A stretch of DNA of 38,200 nt from Azolla caroliniana (lineage: Eukaryota > Plantae > Polypodiophyta): assembly GCA_043228905.1 (NCBI GenBank), contig JBHGNT010000296.1, forward strand, positions 1 to 38,200. Reading direction: 5' to 3'. This document shows, in pieces, positions 35,711 to 38,200 of the stretch. Position 1 is the stretch's first letter. Each line of letters opens with the position of its first letter. The translations under genes were made by a program, and so were the position numbers. The notes beneath the pieces are model-generated. The model searched no databases. It saw only the letters and a program-made list of their open reading frames with translations, and was not told the DNA's origin.

Positions 35711-38200
35711 AGCTATGATATGGAATTAAAAAATCAAGATTTTGAAACTAAGGTCGAGAGACAAGACGAAATTAGCAAATTTGAGGAGTGAGTTGAGAGG
35801 AGCCCTTGAGTAAATTAAAATGTTCATACCTGGCTCGTGTGATATCGGATTTTTGTGTTCAAACATGCGAATCGAAGCTAACAACGCTAGCTATGATATG
35901 GAATTAAAAAATCAAAATTTGGAAACTAAGGTTGAGAGACATGACGAAATTAGCAAATTTGAGGAGTGAGTTGAGAGGAGCCCTTGAGTAAATTAAAATT
36001 TTCATACCTAGCGAGCGTGATATCGGATTTTTGTGTACAAACATGCGAATCGAAGCTAACAACGCTAGCTATGATATGGAATTAAAAAATCAAGATTTTG
36101 AAACTCAGGTCGAGAGACATGACGAAATTACCAAATTTGAGGAGTGAGTTGAGAGGAGCCCTTGAGTAAATTAAAATGGTCATACCTAGCGAGTGTGATA
36201 TCGGATTTTTGTGTTCAAACATGCAAATCGAAGCTAACAACGCTAGCTATGATATGGAATTAAAAAATCAAGATTTTGAAACTCAGGTCGAGAGACATGA
36301 CGAAATTTCCAAATTTGAGGAGGGAGTTGAGAAGAGCTAGTAGGTAAATTACACTGTTCATACCTGGTTCGTGTGATATCGGATTTTTGTGTTCAAACAT
36401 GCAAATCGAAGCTAACAACGCTAGCTATGATATGGAATTAAAAATCAAGATTTTGCAACTCAAGTCGAGAGACATGAAGAAATTACCAAATTTGATAAGT
36501 GAGGTTGGAAGAGCGCGTGAGTGAATTAAAATGTTCATACCTGGCTCGTGTGATATCGGATTTTTGTGTTCAAACATGCAAGTCGAAGCTAACAACGTTA
36601 GCTATGATATGGAATTAAAAAATCAAGATTTTGAAACTCAGGTCGAGAGACATGACGAAATTTCCAAATTTGAGGAGGGAGTTGAGAAGAGGTAGTAGGT
36701 AAATTACACTGTTCATACCTGGCTCGTGTGATATCGGATTTTTGTGTTCAAACATGCGAATCGAAGCTAACAACGCTAGCTATGATATGGAATTAAAAAT
36801 CAAGATTTTGCAACTCAAGTCGAGACACATGAAGAAATTACCAAATTTGAGGAGTGAGGTTGGAAGAGCGCGTGAGTGAATTAAAATGTTCATACCTGGC
36901 TCGTGTGATATCGGATTTTTGTGTTCAAAAATGAAAATCGAAGCTAACAACGCTAGCTATGATATGGAATTAAAAAATCAAGATTTTGAAACTAAGGTCG
37001 AGAGGCATGACGAAATTAGCAAATTTGAGGAGTGAGTTGAGAGGAGCCCTTGAGTAAATTAAAATGGTCATACCTAGCGAGTGTGATATCGGATTTTTGT
37101 GTACAAACATGCGAATCGAAGCTAGCAACGCTAGCTATGATATGGAATTAAAAAATCAAGATTTTGAAACTAAGGTCGAGAGACAAGACGAAATTAGCAA
37201 ATTTGAGGAGTGAGTTGAGAGGAGCCCTTGAGTAAATTAAAATGTTCATACCTGGCTCGTGTGATATCGGATTTTTGTGTTCAAACATGCGAATCGAAGC
37301 TAACAACGCTAGCTATGATATGAAATTAAAAAATCAAGATTTTGAAACTCAGGTCGAGAGACATGACGAAATTACCAAATTTGAGGAGTGAGTTGAGAGG
37401 AGCCCTTGAGTGAATTAAAATGTTCATACCTGGCTCGTATGATATCGGATTTTTGTGTACAAACATGCGAATCGAAGCTAACAACGCTAGCTATGATATG
37501 GAATTGAAAAATCAAGATTTTGAAACTCAGGTCGAGAGACATGACGAAATTAGCAAATTTGAGGAGTGAGTTGAGAGGAGCCCTTGAGTAAATTAAAATG
37601 GTCATACCTAGCGAGTTTGATATCGGATTTTTGTGTACAAACATGCGAATCGAAGCTAACAACGCTAGCTATGATATGGAATTAAAAAATCAAGATTTTG
37701 AAACTCATGTCGAGAGACATGACGAAATTACCAACTTTGAGGAGTGAGTTGAGAGGAGCCCTTGAGTAAATTAAAATGTTCATACCTAGCGAGTGTGATA
37801 TCGGAATTTTGTGTACAAACATGCGAATCGAAGCTAACAACGCTAGCTATGATATGGAATTAAAAAATCAAGATTTTGAAACTCAGGTCGAGAGACATGA
37901 CGAAATTTCCAAATTTGAGGAGGGAGTTGAGAAGAGCTAGTAGGTAAATTACAATTTTCATACCTGGTTCGTGTGATATCGGATTTTTGTGTTCAAACAT
38001 GCGAATCGAAGCTAACAACGCTAGCTATGATATGGAATTACAAAATCAAGATTTTGCAACTCAAGTCGAGACACATGAAGAAATTAGCAAATTTGAGGAG
38101 TGAGGTTGGAAGAGCGCGTGAGTGAATTAAAATGTTCATACCTGGCTCGTGTGATATCGGATTTTTGTGTACAAACATGCGAATCGAAGCTAACAACGCT
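35533..38200 (+). repeat. More divergent satellite monomers with degraded HOR order
   Basis: Many private variants (e.g. TGAAATT ~37323, GAATTGAAAA ~37506, CTCATGTC ~37708, CCAACTTT ~37735, CGGAATTTT ~37806, ACAATTTTC ~37953) and shuffled subtype markers. Confidence 0.85.

Larger units (their letters stand above)
1..38200 (+). repeat. Tandem satellite DNA array, 177/178-bp monomer, 215 head-to-tail copies (candidate centromeric/heterochromatic satellite)
   Basis: AGCTATG(A/C)TATG recurs at 1, 179, 356, 533, 711, 889, 1067 ... 38023. 145x178 + 70x177 = 38200 exactly. No inversions or non-satellite sequence seen. A centromeric role is inferred only from monomer length and HOR structure. Confidence 0.99.

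Noticed and set aside
37372-37662. 96-aa minus-strand ORF from the ORF track
   Set aside because: It lies entirely within ~1.6 satellite monomers and has no recognisable domain. It appears open only because local divergent variants remove stops present in the other copies.
1-38200. CRISPR array interpretation (conserved block plus variable block)
   Set aside because: The variable segments are homologous and fall into three recurring classes rather than being unique spacers. The 178-bp period is too long, and there is no leader or cas gene.
1-38200. Embedded transposon, LTR or strand inversion
   Set aside because: The monomer register is continuous from 1 to 38200, leaving no unassigned bases.

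Overview
The whole window is one uninterrupted head-to-tail eukaryotic-type satellite array. By manual parsing it holds 215 monomers of 177-178 bp (145 x 178 bp and 70 x 177 bp; monomer 1 is ~38% GC), all in the same orientation. I found no credible genes, RNA genes or transposon insertions. Monomers fall into three core classes: A (TTTCC...GCTAGTAGG, ~49 copies), B (GAGGTTGGAAGAGCGCG, normally 177 bp, ~70) and C (GAGAGGAGCCCTTG, ~96). They are ordered into a higher-order repeat (HOR) with a basic 12-mer A-B-B-C-C-C-C-A-B-A-C-C (2133 bp). Two SNP-defined HOR haplotypes mostly alternate, giving a ~4.62 kb 26-mer. Nested recent tandem duplications (4264 bp, then 10125 bp) are superimposed, and divergence rises towards the right end. 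This resembles a centromeric or heterochromatic satellite with alpha-satellite-like hierarchy, but I cannot assign species, family or centromere function from sequence alone. All counts are by eye and should be confirmed computationally.
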